DNA from: an uncultured Spirochaetota bacterium
GTDB taxonomy: Bacteria > Spirochaetota > Spirochaetia > SZUA-6 > CAVTHK01
DNA length: 64,000 bases
Direction: 5' to 3'
Assembly (NCBI GenBank): GCA_963734495.1
Contig: CAVTHK010000008.1
Location: 1 to 64,000, forward strand
A model generated the notes under the pieces. It did not search any database, had not been told where the DNA came from, and was given only the letters and a program-made list of their open reading frames with translations. Of the stretch, positions 19,471 through 32,535 are shown in pieces. A program made the translations under genes and the position numbers. Numbering within the stretch: the stretch's first letter is position 1; the number at the start of each line of letters is the position of its first letter.

Positions 19471-21338
19471 TCGAAGTCGAGCGTAATGGTCGTGCCGGAG
19501 GCTACCGGCGAACCGGGAGGCGGGCTCTGCCGCACGACGAAGCCCTCGCCGCGCATGATGATCTTGAGGTCCTGCCGCTCGAACAGCCCGAGGAGCGCGC
19601 GCTTCGGCGACCCGGTGAGGTCGGGCATGGCCCCGCCGATGGTGATCGGCGCTCCGGGCCGGACGACCACCGACCCGGGGGAACGCACGATCTCGGTTCC
19701 CGCGCGCGGGATGCCGCGCAGCGCCACCAGCTTGTCGGCGATCTCCTTGAAGACCGGCGCCGCGGTCCGGCCGCCGTAGATGTCCTTCTTGGGACCGTCG
19801 AGCACGACGTAGACGATGAACTGCGGGTCGTCGGTGGGGAAGATGCCGATGAACGACGCGATGAAGGTCTCGACAGAATAGGCGCCCGTCGCGGGGTCGC
19901 GCACCTCCGCCGTCCCGGTCTTCGCGCTCACCCGGAGGCCTTCGAGCTTCGCCCGCCGCGCCGTTCCGCCCTCGAACGTCGCGGTTTCCATCATCCGCAG
20001 CACGGACCGCGCGACTTCGGGCGAGAGGACCTCCGCGACGGGCTCCCGCGTGTAGCGCTTGATCAGCTTGCCCTCGGGGGAAACGACCTTGCTCACCAGC
20101 AGCGGCTTGATCATCAACCCGTCGTTGGCAATGGCGGTGGCCGCGGCCACGACCTGAAGCGCCGAGACCGAGATCTCCTGGCCGAACGCGATCGTGGGCT
20201 TCGAGCGGGCCGACCACTCGGCGGGCGGCCGGAGAATCCCCGACGTCTCCCCCGAGAGCGGCACGCCGGTGGGGCGGCCGAAGCCGTACTTGCGCAGCAT
20301 CTCGTAAAAGTCGCCCGCCGAGGCGCGCTCCGAGGCGTACGCCGCGCCGACGTTGGAGGAGTACTGCAGGATCTTCTGGGCGTTCACGGGGCCGTACACG
20401 CCCAGGTCCCGGATGCGGATGCCATGGCGGGCGTCCTCGTACACGCCGCCGGCGTAGAACGTGTCCTCCGGCGTGATGGCGCCGAGCTGAAGGAAACTGC
20501 TGATGCTGAAGATCTTGAACACCGAGCCGGGCTCATACGCGACGCGCGCCGGCCGGTTCGCGAGCGATGTCTCGGGGTAGCTGCGGTAGTTGTTGGGATC
20601 GAAGGACGGCAGCGACGCGTAGGCGAGGATTTCGCCCGAGCGGGCCTCCTCCACGAGGATGGTCGCCGAATCGGCGCGCGTTTCGCGCCAGGCCTTTTCC
20701 GCGATCTGCTCCACGAAATACTGGATGTTCAGGTCGATCGTGAGGAAGACCTGGTTGCCGAAGACCTCGCGCATCCCCTTGGCGACCTGCGGGGGGGAGA
20801 GCTCGTGGTCGAAAGTGAACTCGATGCCGTCGAGACCCGTGTTGTCGATCCCCACGTAACCGATCAGGTGCGCCCCGAGCTGACGCTCGGGGTAGCTGCG
20901 GCCGTACTCCTTGTACAGGCTGACGCCGGGCAGCTTGCCCCCGGCGATCAGGGCGCGGACCCGCGCCGACTCCGTCGGCGTGACCTTCCGCTTGATCCAC
21001 ACGAACCCCGTGCCCGATGCGAGCCGTTCCGCGACGGAACGCGGCTCCATCTCGAGCGCCTCGCCGAGCACCCGCGCCATCGAGTCCGCGTCCTGCACGT
21101 GCGGGACCCATGCCGCCACGGAATCGAGCGCCGTCGTGATCGCGAGGATCCGGCCGTTGCGGTCGAGGATCGGCCCCCTCTCCACCGTCGGCAGGTCGAT
21201 CAGCGACTCCTGGGGCCCCGAGGGGGAAATGACGGTCAGGTAGACGAGACGACCGACGATCAGGACGACCGTGAGGGCCGCGAAGGCGAGGAACCCGGCG
21301 AGCCGCCTGTCAGTCCGCGATTGCGCTTTCCACAGCAT
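19467..21338 (-). CDS. Class B penicillin-binding protein (FtsI-like) with C-terminal PASTA-like domain
   Basis: RGPILDRNG dimerisation motif, EPGSVFK (SxxK), SSN (SxN), KTGTA. Confidence 0.93.
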   Translation of the reverse strand: MLWKAQSRTDRRLAGFLAFAALTVVLIVGRLVYLTVISPSGPQESLIDLPTVERGPILDRNGRILAITTALDSVAAWVPHVQDADSMARVLGEALEMEPRSVAERLASGTGFVWIKRKVTPTESARVRALIAGGKLPGVSLYKEYGRSYPERQLGAHLIGYVGIDNTGLDGIEFTFDHELSPPQVAKGMREVFGNQVFLTIDLNIQYFVEQIAEKAWRETRADSATILVEEARSGEILAYASLPSFDPNNYRSYPETSLANRPARVAYEPGSVFKIFSISSFLQLGAITPEDTFYAGGVYEDARHGIRIRDLGVYGPVNAQKILQYSSNVGAAYASERASAGDFYEMLRKYGFGRPTGVPLSGETSGILRPPAEWSARSKPTIAFGQEISVSALQVVAAATAIANDGLMIKPLLVSKVVSPEGKLIKRYTREPVAEVLSPEVARSVLRMMETATFEGGTARRAKLEGLRVSAKTGTAEVRDPATGAYSVETFIASFIGIFPTDDPQFIVYVVLDGPKKDIYGGRTAAPVFKEIADKLVALRGIPRAGTEIVRSPGSVVVRPGAPITIGGAMPDLTGSPKRALLGLFERQDLKIIMRGEGFVVRQSPPPGSPVASGTTITLDFE

Positions 21339-21393
21339 CCGCGCTCCCCATGGATATTAACGGACGGACGGCGCCCTGTCGATATGAGAAGCG

Positions 21394-22459
21394 ATGGGTA
21401 CTGCTGCGCTCACGAGGCAGCACGTCAGCCGGAGACCTGCGCGTCTCCTGCTGCCCGCGCCGCGCGAGGAGTCGCGCCGGCCGGGCGCCTCGAACATCCT
21501 GGCTTTCCACGCTCGGCCGATCCGGCCGGGGCGCCGGTTCCGGCCCGGCGTCGTGTTTCCCGTCGCCGGCCTTCTGCTGGTCCTGGCAGTCGTGCCCGCA
21601 GTGGGCACGCTCTCCGAAAAACGGCCCGCGCCCATCGCATCGGCCTCCCCTCCCGGCACGGCCGAAGCCCTCGCCGGGCTACCTGATCAGCGAGCCGATC
21701 CAGAAGGCCGCGCCCCACGGGGAGCTGCCGCGCACGCTCAAGGTCGCCACCCATCGCGTCGGGCCGCGGCGAGAGCCTCCTCGCGATCGCTGCAGCGGTA
21801 CGGTGTCTCCGTCGATGCGCTGATCAGCTTCAACAACATCACGAGAGCCCGTTCGCTGCAGGCCGGGGTCGAGCTGCAGGTGCCCAACGCCGACGGCCTG
21901 GCCTATACCGTGCGCCGCGGGGACTCGCTCCGCGGCATCGCGGCCCGCTACGGAGTGAGCCTCGAGAGCCTCCTCGACTGGAACCGCATCGAGAGCGAAG
22001 TGATCCATGCGGGCCAGTCGCTGTTCGTCCCCGGGGCGCGGCTTCCGGCGTCCGTGCGCGAGTCCGTCCTCGGCAAGCTGATGGTCTTCCCCACCAGGGG
22101 GGAGCTGAGCTCGCGCTTCGGCTGGCGGCAGAACCCCTTTACCGGGCTGCGCGAGCATCACAACGGCCTCGACATAGGGGCCCCGGTCGGGACTCCGGTG
22201 GTCGCGGCGATGGCCGGACGGGTCGCGGCGGTGGGGATCAGCCCGGTCTACGGCAGGTACGTGATCCTCGCCCACGCCGGAGGGCTGCAGACCCTGTACG
22301 GGCACCTGAACCGCGCCCTCGTGTCGCGGGGAGCCGACGGTCTCGCAGGGCCAGCAGATCGGCGAGGTCGGCAATACCGGCTACAGCACGGGCTCGCATC
22401 TCCACTTCACGGTGTTCCGCAACAACGTGCCCGTTGACCCCTTGCGCTTTTTCCAGTAG
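21394..22459 (+). CDS. LysM-domain M23 metallo-endopeptidase, multiply frameshifted
   Basis: Two LysM repeats, HNGLDI (HxxxD), YGHL, GNTGYSTGSHLHF (HxH) ending at TAG 22459. Apparent +1 indels near 21677, 21763, 21791 and 22333. Confidence 0.88.
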
Positions 22460-22472
22460 GAGGCGGCGGCCC

Positions 22473-23543
22473 ATGAAGCGGCTCGTACTCTCCGTGGTCG
22501 GCCTTCTGGCATTGTTCTCGATCCTGAGAGCGCATTCCCAGGAGGAGACCCGCCATCTGATCGTCCACCCCAGCCTGATCGATCTCGCCGACGACGATTC
22601 GGGCGTGAGCATCGCGCTCGGGGCGGTGGAGGCCTCGGGCGACAGGGACCAGGTCTGGAACGTGTTCCCGATCCGGGTCTCGCTGCGCTCGGGAAAGCAG
22701 CGTCTCACGGTCAGCCTGAGCGGGCTCGACGTGCTCGCGCGCCGCGGCCTCAGCATCGGGCGGCCCGTCTCTGTCGGCGGCACGCACCGCGGGGACCTCG
22801 TGAGCGTCGGGGGCGACGTGGTCGTCACCGGAGTCGTCGAAGGCTCGGTGTGGGTCTTCGGCGCCGACGCCATCGTCAGGTCGGGGGCGAGGGTGGACGG
22901 CGACGCGGTGGCGCTCGGCGGCAAGGTCATCGCCGAGAGGGGCGCCGCGCTCGGGGGCAACAAGGAGTCGCTTCCGGCCATCCGCATCCCGTTCCTCGGC
23001 TTCGTCACGTCCCGGCAGTCGGCCGACTCCCTGGCGCTCATCATCGAGTTGTTCGGCGTCGCGCTCACGCTCATCGCGCTCTTCCTCGCGCTGCACTTCC
23101 GGGCCGGGTACCTCAGCCGCCAGGCCGCGATCGTCTCCTCCGCGTGGAAATCGAACCTGCTCTACCTGTTCCTCGGGGCCGTGCTCGCGCCCGTTCTCGT
23201 CGCGTGCCTCGCGGCGTCGATCGCGGGGCTGCTCCTCGTGCCCGTGCTCGTCGTCGCGCTGGCCCTTACCACGTACCTGGGCTTCCTCGGCGTGTCGGTG
23301 CGGCTCGGGCGCGTGTTGATGAGGGGCGACGACGACCCGCTGCGCCTCTTCGGGGCCGGCCTCATCGGCCTGGCGCTGATCCGCGGGCCCGCGATCGCCG
23401 GCCGCGTGCTTTCGATCTTCGCCTCCGACCTGTTCCTGGCCGTCGGCGCCTTCCTCGAGGCCGTGAGCGGGATCGTCCTCTTCCTCTCGCTGCTCTACGG
23501 CTTCGGATGCGGCCTCACGGCCGTCCGGGAGTCTTCGCGGTAG
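22473..23543 (+). CDS. Membrane protein with beta-solenoid (polymer-forming/bactofilin-like) repeats and multi-TM C-terminus
   Basis: Signal peptide, GDLVSVGGDVVVTGVVEGSVWVFGADAIVRSGARVDGDAVALGGKV repeats, about 5 TM helices. Confidence 0.75.
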   Translation: MKRLVLSVVGLLALFSILRAHSQEETRHLIVHPSLIDLADDDSGVSIALGAVEASGDRDQVWNVFPIRVSLRSGKQRLTVSLSGLDVLARRGLSIGRPVSVGGTHRGDLVSVGGDVVVTGVVEGSVWVFGADAIVRSGARVDGDAVALGGKVIAERGAALGGNKESLPAIRIPFLGFVTSRQSADSLALIIELFGVALTLIALFLALHFRAGYLSRQAAIVSSAWKSNLLYLFLGAVLAPVLVACLAASIAGLLLVPVLVVALALTTYLGFLGVSVRLGRVLMRGDDDPLRLFGAGLIGLALIRGPAIAGRVLSIFASDLFLAVGAFLEAVSGIVLFLSLLYGFGCGLTAVRESSR

Positions 23544-23570
23544 CCGCCCCCGCCGGCCCCCCCGGCCGGG

Positions 23571-26324
<2,754 letters not shown>

Positions 26325-26330
26325 GGGTAC

Positions 26331-26383
26331 AGTGTACCCTCGCCCCGCAAACGTTGACAAGCTCGGGCCGCGGCGACTACACT
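26331..26383. promoter_or_regulatory. Symmetric divergent promoter pair (secA / lipoprotein)
   Basis: Plus strand TTGACA(26354)-18-TACACT(26378); minus strand TTGTCA(26360)-18-TACACT(26336); the -35 boxes overlap. Confidence 0.7.
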
Positions 26384-26453
26384 CGTCGCGCACATGCACG
26401 CGCCGGGACTGCACTCGGGGGCCGGGGACGGCCGGAGGCCGTCGCCCGCGGGA

Positions 26454-27671
26454 ATGCGGGCGCGCGTCCTTCTCTTGACCGCAATGGCGGCCGCCTTCGT
26501 GTCCTGCACAAAGATCTCCACGCCGACTCTCCCGCGGGAAGAGCTGTTCTCGCTGGGCCTCGGCAACATGGAGAACCAGATCGACCTCTTCATGGTCGAC
26601 GGCCGCCCCCTCAACAGGAGCAACCTGATCTACGTCAAGGGCGGAAGGATCTACATCGTCAACGGGAACGCCTCCAAGATCATGGAGTTCACCCCGTTCG
26701 GCGACCTGGTCTTCCTGCTCTACAACGCGGACGTCAACCCGCAGCCCGTCATCCTCAAGCCGGCCGCGGCCGGCGCCGACGAGCCCAACCGCCGCGCGCA
26801 GGGCTACGCGCTCGCCGACCCCGGGGTGATGGCCGTCGACGGCGAGAAGCGGCTGTACGTCGAGGACCGCGTCGGCCCTCTGCAGGGCCGCTTCGACGAG
26901 AGCACGGGGACGACGCACTACGCCCACGTCCTGCGGTTCGACCGCGACGGGAAGCTGATCGACTACCTGGGCCAGGAGGGGGTGGGGGGGACCCCCTTCC
27001 CGTTCATCGACGCCATCCGCATCACCGCGCACGACGAGCCGGTGGTCGTCTGCCGCGTGCCCCCGGCCCGCTGGATCGTCTACTGGTTCACCAAGGAGGG
27101 CTCGCTTCTCTACCGCGTGGAGTTCGACCGCGACTACCTGCCCGCCCCGCAGGACACGCTCCCGTTCCTGGAGGGGATCTTCGCGGACTATTCCCGCCGC
27201 GAGCTCCTGCTCGCCGTGAGCTACTACAGGGAAGAGATCAACGCGTCCACCCGCACGCCCGAGACGTGGCTGCACGTCGGGACGCGGATCCACCGTTTCG
27301 ACATCGCCAAGGCGGAGTACGTCGGTCAGGTCGACGTCCCCGACGCCGGCGTGCGGCGCGAGCGGGTCGGGGCTTCCGAGCTGGAGATCCCGTCTCCGCC
27401 TTACGAGTTCCTCGGCAATACCCGCAACGGCTACCTGTTCTTCCTCAAGCCCGAGGAGGCCAACACCTACCGGCTCCTCGTCCTGGACGCGAGGGGCCGG
27501 GAGCATGCCCGGCGCCTCATCACGGTCGAGGACCAGGAGCTTTCCTTCAAGAAACTTACCCTCTCCGAGGAAGGCGTGCTCGCGGGTCTGCTCGGCCTCA
27601 ATGACGGGGCGCGGGTCGTCTGGTGGCGGGCGGACCGGCTCGTCGAAGGTGCGGGGGATGCGCGTCGTTAG
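26454..27671 (+). CDS. Spirochaete lipoprotein, probable beta-propeller, divergent from secA
   Basis: [18 protein letters not shown] lipobox; [13 protein letters not shown] motif; beta-rich sequence. Confidence 0.8.
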   Translation: MRARVLLLTAMAAAFVSCTKISTPTLPREELFSLGLGNMENQIDLFMVDGRPLNRSNLIYVKGGRIYIVNGNASKIMEFTPFGDLVFLLYNADVNPQPVILKPAAAGADEPNRRAQGYALADPGVMAVDGEKRLYVEDRVGPLQGRFDESTGTTHYAHVLRFDRDGKLIDYLGQEGVGGTPFPFIDAIRITAHDEPVVVCRVPPARWIVYWFTKEGSLLYRVEFDRDYLPAPQDTLPFLEGIFADYSRRELLLAVSYYREEINASTRTPETWLHVGTRIHRFDIAKAEYVGQVDVPDAGVRRERVGASELEIPSPPYEFLGNTRNGYLFFLKPEEANTYRLLVLDARGREHARRLITVEDQELSFKKLTLSEEGVLAGLLGLNDGARVVWWRADRLVEGAGDARR

Positions 27672-29154
27672 CTCGGCCGAGATGGCCGAGATCGACCGGT
27701 TGACGCAGGCGGAGTACTCGATCCCCGGGATCGTCCTGATGGAAAACGCGGGCGCGAATGCCTTTCGAGCCCTGCTCGACCAAGGCCTGCGCGAGCCGGT
27801 CGTCTTCGCGGCCGGTAAAGGGAACAACGGCGGCGACGCTTTCGTGATGGCGCGCCACGCGCAGCTCGCCGGGATCAAGCGGCTCGCCGTCATCCTCGCG
27901 GCCGGGAGGCCGCGCGAAGGCAGCGAGCCCGCGCTCAACCTGGCCTCCTGCAGAGCTCTCGGCATCGGCGTCATCGGTTTCGAGGAACGGGCGGCCCGGG
28001 CCCGGCTGCAGGAAGCGGCGTGGATCGTGGACGGCGTCGCGGGCACGGGGCTCACCGGCCCTCTGCGCGCTCCGCTCGACCGGGTCGTGCGGGCCATCAA
28101 CCGCGCGCCGGGAAAGAGGGCGGCGGTCGACGTTCCCAGCGGCCTGCGCGACGGCTGGGTCGCGGCGGAGCCCGTGGTTCACGCGGACGTCACCCTGACC
28201 ATGGGGCTTCCCAAGCGCTGCCTGTACCTGCCGCAGGCCCGCGCTCTCTGCGGCAGGATACGCGTCGTCGACGTCGGTTTTCCCCCCGCGCTCCTGGAGG
28301 CGGCCCACCTGCGGGGCGAGCTGCTCGCCGCGGCCGACCTGGATCGCCTCGTTCCGCCGCTCGCGCCCGACACGTACAAGAACCGGCGCGGTCACCTCGC
28401 GGTGTTCGCCGGCTCCCCCGGCACCACCGGCGCGGCGTGGCTTGCGGCTCACGCGGCGGCGCGATCGCGGACCGGGCTCGTGACGTTGTACGCGCATCCG
28501 GAGATCTACGCCGCGGTCGCCGGCGGGTACAGCTCCGTGATGGTGCGCCGCGGCACGCCGACCGCTCTGGAGCTGGCCCGCCACACCGCCTTCGTGGCGG
28601 GTCCGGGGTGGGGGACGACGCAAGAGCGCAGGTCGGAGCTGGCGCTGCTGCTGCGGAGTCCGCTCCCGGGCGTCATCGACGCGGACGCCCTTGCTCTTGC
28701 GGCGGACATCCTGGCGAGGGACGGCGTCGCTCCCGGCGGGAACCGCGTGCTGACGCCTCACCCCGGCGAGGCCGCGCGCGTCCTCGACTGCCCGGTCGCG
28801 GACGTCCTGCGCGACCCTCTCGCGGCGCTCGAGGAGGCGGAAAAGAGGCTCGGCTGCGTGATCGTGCTCAAGGGGCACGTGACGACGGTCTGGTCTCCGG
28901 GCGGCCGCTTTGCAGTGCTCGACGGCATGAACGCCGCGCTGGCGACGGGAGGCAGCGGCGACGTGCTCGCCGGAACGATCGGCGGGCTGCTCGCGAGCGG
29001 CCTCACGGCCGAGGCCGCCGCCCGAGCCGGGGTGCTGGCGCATTCGGTGGCGGCCTTCCGCGCGGCAAAGGCGCGCGGGCTCTTCCTTTCGGAGGACCTG
29101 TTGCCGTTTCTCTCGCGCGTCTTCGCGCCGCGGCCTGACCGGAGGCAGCCGTGA
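27658..29154 (+). CDS. nnr: Bifunctional NAD(P)H-hydrate epimerase/dehydratase (YjeF)
   Basis: [48 protein letters not shown]. Confidence 0.93.
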   Translation: MRVVSSAEMAEIDRLTQAEYSIPGIVLMENAGANAFRALLDQGLREPVVFAAGKGNNGGDAFVMARHAQLAGIKRLAVILAAGRPREGSEPALNLASCRALGIGVIGFEERAARARLQEAAWIVDGVAGTGLTGPLRAPLDRVVRAINRAPGKRAAVDVPSGLRDGWVAAEPVVHADVTLTMGLPKRCLYLPQARALCGRIRVVDVGFPPALLEAAHLRGELLAAADLDRLVPPLAPDTYKNRRGHLAVFAGSPGTTGAAWLAAHAAARSRTGLVTLYAHPEIYAAVAGGYSSVMVRRGTPTALELARHTAFVAGPGWGTTQERRSELALLLRSPLPGVIDADALALAADILARDGVAPGGNRVLTPHPGEAARVLDCPVADVLRDPLAALEEAEKRLGCVIVLKGHVTTVWSPGGRFAVLDGMNAALATGGSGDVLAGTIGGLLASGLTAEAAARAGVLAHSVAAFRAAKARGLFLSEDLLPFLSRVFAPRPDRRQP

Positions 29155-29627
29155 GCGACGACCTGAACTTCCACTACAAGCGCGACGAGCGCCTCTCGAT
29201 GCGCAGCGCGCCGCAGCCTCGCGCCGAGGGCGGAGGCCCCATCCGCCGCCGCGGCATCCCCATCCTGTTCGTCGGGGTCCTGATCGCCATCGTGCTGGTC
29301 CTCCAGCGCCATCCGCCCGCGGCGGGGCCCTACCGCGCCGAGCTCGCGGGGTGCCAGGTCACGCTGACCGCGATCGCGGCCGGCGACGACGTCATCGCCG
29401 CGCTCGAGCTCAAGGGCGGCGCGAGCGTCGCGGCCGGCGAGCGGCTGTTCGCAATCTTCCGCGCCGGCGAAGCGGAGCTGCGCCTCTCCGAAATGCTGCC
29501 CGCAGCCGGGCGCTCGGTCACCCTCGACGGCCGCATCATCGGGGCCGGGGCCGCGCGCGAAGTGGTCGTCGAGGTGACGGCGGGCGGCAAGACCGCCGTG
29601 CTGCGCCGAGCCCTCGAGCGCGGCTGA
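29151..29627 (+). CDS. Hypothetical single-TM protein
   Basis: GTG start overlapping the nnr stop; FHYKRDERL then a TM helix and a beta-rich domain. Confidence 0.7.
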   Translation: MSDDLNFHYKRDERLSMRSAPQPRAEGGGPIRRRGIPILFVGVLIAIVLVLQRHPPAAGPYRAELAGCQVTLTAIAAGDDVIAALELKGGASVAAGERLFAIFRAGEAELRLSEMLPAAGRSVTLDGRIIGAGAAREVVVEVTAGGKTAVLRRALERG

Positions 29628-29648
29628 GGCGCGCGGCCGCGCGCGCGG

Positions 29649-29678
29649 TTGACGCGGCCCTTGGCCGGGGCGTATTCT
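29649..29678 (+). promoter_or_regulatory. sigma70-like promoter
   Basis: TTGACG-18-TATTCT upstream of the SD-led ATG 29706. Confidence 0.6.
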
Positions 29679-29705
29679 CGCATCGCTCGCGACCCGGAGG
29701 GGGGA

Positions 29706-30113
29706 ATGCTCCAGTTCTATGCGCTGTCCGTGTTCGCCAACATCCTCACGGGGCTGATCGTGGCCTCCGACGCGACCGAAGGCAAGGGGTTTCTCGGCCA
29801 GCTGCGAAAGCTGTTCGAGGAGAACAGCCTCAAGTTCGGCCTCGGGCTCGCTTCGCTCGTGATCGCCTTCTTCAAGCTCCTGAGCCCCATCGAGGGTGAC
29901 GTGCCCGTCATCGGCGATCTCCTGCCCGCCGTCGCGGGCCTCGCGACCGGGGCGATCCTGCTGTTCGACTTCTTCCGCGGCTCTTCCGACATCAAGAGCT
30001 CGACGGTCGACAAGCTCGAGACCGGGATCCTCTCCTACCGCAGGTACATCGGCATCGGCGCCGCAGTGACGGGGCTCCTTCATTTTCTCATTCCGACGGT
30101 CCCCATCTTCTAG
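29706..30113 (+). CDS. Conserved 4-TM membrane protein
   Basis: MLQFYALSV..., VPVIGDLLPA, GLLHFLIP; GGAGG SD. Confidence 0.8.
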   Translation: MLQFYALSVFANILTGLIVASDATEGKGFLGQLRKLFEENSLKFGLGLASLVIAFFKLLSPIEGDVPVIGDLLPAVAGLATGAILLFDFFRGSSDIKSSTVDKLETGILSYRRYIGIGAAVTGLLHFLIPTVPIF

Positions 30114-30860
30114 GTGAGCCGGCGCGTCCTCTTCCTCGATTTCGACGGGGTGATCTGCGACTCGATCGACGAGTGCTTCGTGAGCTCCTGGCTCGCGTAC
30201 CATCGGCGGCCCGGCAGCCGGCAGCCGTCGAGCCTCGCCATCGGGCTGCGCAGGCGGTTCGCGGAGATGCGGCCCTTTATCCGCTCGGGCGAGGATTACG
30301 TCGTCATCCAGCGGCTGCTGGCCGAGGGGCGGGTCGTGTCGACCCAGGCGGAGTTCGACGCCGCGCTCGCGGCCGAGGGCGGGATGGGCCGGCTCAAGGA
30401 GGAGTTCTACGCCGCGCGCGGGGGCCTTCTGGAGAGCGACCGTGCCTACTGGCTGTCGTTGAACCGGGTGTACCCGGAGGTGCGAAGCCCGCTGGCCAGG
30501 ATTGCGGACAGGGATGACGTGCGAGTCCTCTCGACGAAGAAGAGCGAGTTCATCGTGGAGATCCTCGCGGCCAACGGCATCTCGATGCCCATCGATCGCG
30601 TGATCTACACCGGTTCGCGGACCAAGGCGGAGATCATCGTTGCGATGCTGTCGCCGGCCGACCGGGCCCTGCTCGTCGACGACCAGATCGACCACCTGGT
30701 CGCCTGCAGGGACCCGCGCGTGGAGGTGCGGCTCGCGCTGTGGGGCTACATCAGACCGGAGTGGCCCGGGCAGCACCCCGAGGTCCCGGCCGTCGGTCTC
30801 GATGCGCTCGAGGCGCTGCTCGCGCCCTGGCTCACTCGCCCTCGGCCAGCAGGTGCATGA
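30114..30860 (+). CDS. HAD-superfamily hydrolase
   Basis: FLDFDGVICDS motif I, LSTK, LVDD, WGY. Confidence 0.85.
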   Translation: MSRRVLFLDFDGVICDSIDECFVSSWLAYHRRPGSRQPSSLAIGLRRRFAEMRPFIRSGEDYVVIQRLLAEGRVVSTQAEFDAALAAEGGMGRLKEEFYAARGGLLESDRAYWLSLNRVYPEVRSPLARIADRDDVRVLSTKKSEFIVEILAANGISMPIDRVIYTGSRTKAEIIVAMLSPADRALLVDDQIDHLVACRDPRVEVRLALWGYIRPEWPGQHPEVPAVGLDALEALLAPWLTRPRPAGA

Positions 30861-31281
30861 GCTCTTCCTCGGACACGACCGGCCCGCCCTCTTCCCGCCC
30901 GCGCGACGTCTCCGCGACCTGGTAGTCGAGCTCGCGCTCCATCTCCCGCAGAGTCTCGCGCATGCGCTGGTACCGGGGGCCCTGTTCGGCGAGCGCGGCG
31001 GACATCGGGGAGCGGTCGGCGAGGATCGTCTCCAGAACGTCGAGGATGAGGACGGCGAGGGATCGCAGGTCGATCAGCACCTGCAGCCGTTCCTTCCGGA
31101 AGGAGCTTTCCTTGAGCGCCCGGAAGATCCGGCCTGCGGTCGTTGCGACGAAATGGATCTCCCGGTCTATGTACTCCGCGAACAGGTCGGGGTCGACAGC
31201 CCGGCCGAGGTTGCGGATGAGCGCGCCGACCTGAGCATGGAGGTAGAGGATGTCGGCTGCGAAATTGACTTTCTTGGGCAT
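30832..31281 (-). CDS. Hypothetical alpha-helical protein
   Basis: MPKKVNFAADILYL...VVSEEELMHLL; coding-like composition only from ATG 31281. Confidence 0.7.
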   Translation of the reverse strand: MPKKVNFAADILYLHAQVGALIRNLGRAVDPDLFAEYIDREIHFVATTAGRIFRALKESSFRKERLQVLIDLRSLAVLILDVLETILADRSPMSAALAEQGPRYQRMRETLREMERELDYQVAETSRGREEGGPVVSEEELMHLLAEGE

Positions 31282-31583
31282 CCCTTTTAATGGTCGGATG
31301 GTCTCCTCGTTCGCTTGACGCTGCACCGGCGCTCGCGGGCGTTCGGGACGCGTGGCGCAGGGCGCAGCGCGGGGCGCGGCAGGGCACAGGGGGCGGGGCC
31401 CGCGGGGAGACAGGCGCGAGCGAGTCCGGGGGGCGGACGATGGGGCGGCGGGCGCCTTGCGGGCCGACCCAGCCGGCCTTTGCCCCGTGGCGTCGATGAG
31501 AAGCGCCGCGACGGGGGTGTGCCCTGCGAAAGGCAAGGGATCCATCGGACGCGTTCATTGATGAGATGATGCGTCACGTCACC

Positions 31584-31613
31584 TTGACACTCGCCGCGCC
31601 GCCGCGTTATGGT
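31584..31613 (+). promoter_or_regulatory. sigma70 promoter of the rpsF operon
   Basis: TTGACA-18-TATGGT. Confidence 0.65.
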
Positions 31614-31619
31614 CTTTCA

Positions 31620-31676
31620 TACCTCTTCATTCGCCGCGCGAACGTGGCGGATCGTAAGGCCAGGGGGAGGAACCCG
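31620..31676 (+). promoter_or_regulatory. Putative S6:S18 (rpsF) leader RNA
   Basis: CCTCTTC (31622-28) can pair with the SD region GGGGGAGG (31663-70), enclosing the hairpin TTCGCCGCG/CGTGGCGGA; position matches the known rpsF autoregulatory leader. Confidence 0.45.
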
Positions 31677-32000
31677 TTGTACACGTACGAGGCAGTCTTC
31701 ATCTATCCGTCCGGCGCCGACAAACTGGTGTCCGGAAAAGAGGCGGTCGCCCAGGAGTTCGCCACGGCCGGCGTCAAGGTCCTCAGCGAAGAGGACATGG
31801 CCGAACGTGATCTGGCGTACCCGATCCAGGGCAGCGACCGCGGTCACTACATCCTCTACAACGTAGAGGCGCCGGACCAGGCGATCGGGAACCTCGAAAA
31901 AGTCCTCAGGATCAAGTCGGGCATCCTCAGATTCCACTTCTACAGGCAGGACTTGCGCATACGGCAGCCCAAGGCCGCCGCAGCAGCAGCCAAGACCTGA
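31677..32000 (+). CDS. rpsF: 30S ribosomal protein S6
   Basis: YEAVFI, ERDLAYPI, GHYILY, ILRF; TTG start after SD; upstream of ssb-rpsR. Confidence 0.9.
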   Translation: MYTYEAVFIYPSGADKLVSGKEAVAQEFATAGVKVLSEEDMAERDLAYPIQGSDRGHYILYNVEAPDQAIGNLEKVLRIKSGILRFHFYRQDLRIRQPKAAAAAAKT

Positions 32001-32004
32001 CGCC

Positions 32005-32484
32005 ATGGCCGACATCAACCGTGTCATCATCGTCGGGCGGCTGACGAGGGACGCCGAGCTCAAGTACACTTCGGGGGGCTCCCCCGTGGCGAAGTTCGGC
32101 CTCGCGGTGAATCGCCGGCGCAAGGTCGGCGACCAGTGGGAAGAGGAAGCCAACTTCTTCGACGTCGTCGTCTGGGGGCGGACCGCAGAGGCGCTCAACC
32201 AGTACCTCGTCAAAGGCAAGCAGATCGGGGTCGAAGGCGAGCTCCGCCAGGATCGCTGGGAGCAGGACGGCCAGAAGCGCAGCCGAGTCGAGATCGTCGC
32301 CAGCAACATCATGCTCCTCGGCGGCAGGGGCGGCGAGGGCGGGCCTGGTCCGTCGAGCCCCGGCGGGCCCGGAGGCCAGGGAGGCCAGGGAGGCCCGGCG
32401 GGACCCGCCCGCGGCGGCGGAGCGGCCGGCGGTCCTGCGGGCCACGAGGGCCAGGACGATTTCGAGGACGATATCCCATTCTGA
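32005..32484 (+). CDS. ssb: Single-stranded DNA-binding protein
   Basis: INRVIIVGRLTRDAELKYT, Gly-rich linker, C-terminal DDIPF. Confidence 0.98.
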   Translation: MADINRVIIVGRLTRDAELKYTSGGSPVAKFGLAVNRRRKVGDQWEEEANFFDVVVWGRTAEALNQYLVKGKQIGVEGELRQDRWEQDGQKRSRVEIVASNIMLLGGRGGEGGPGPSSPGGPGGQGGQGGPAGPARGGGAAGGPAGHEGQDDFEDDIPF

Positions 32485-32535
32485 TTCCGACGGCCGCGCC
32501 CCCGTTGTCCGGCTGCGCGGCCAGCAGGAGGACAC

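Noticed and set aside
21670..22340. Programmed frameshifting or phase variation in the M23 gene
   Set aside because: Four scattered indels without slippery heptamers or long homopolymers; sequencing error is more parsimonious.
32371..32396. GGAGGCCAG repeats
   Set aside because: They encode the ordinary Gly-rich SSB linker.
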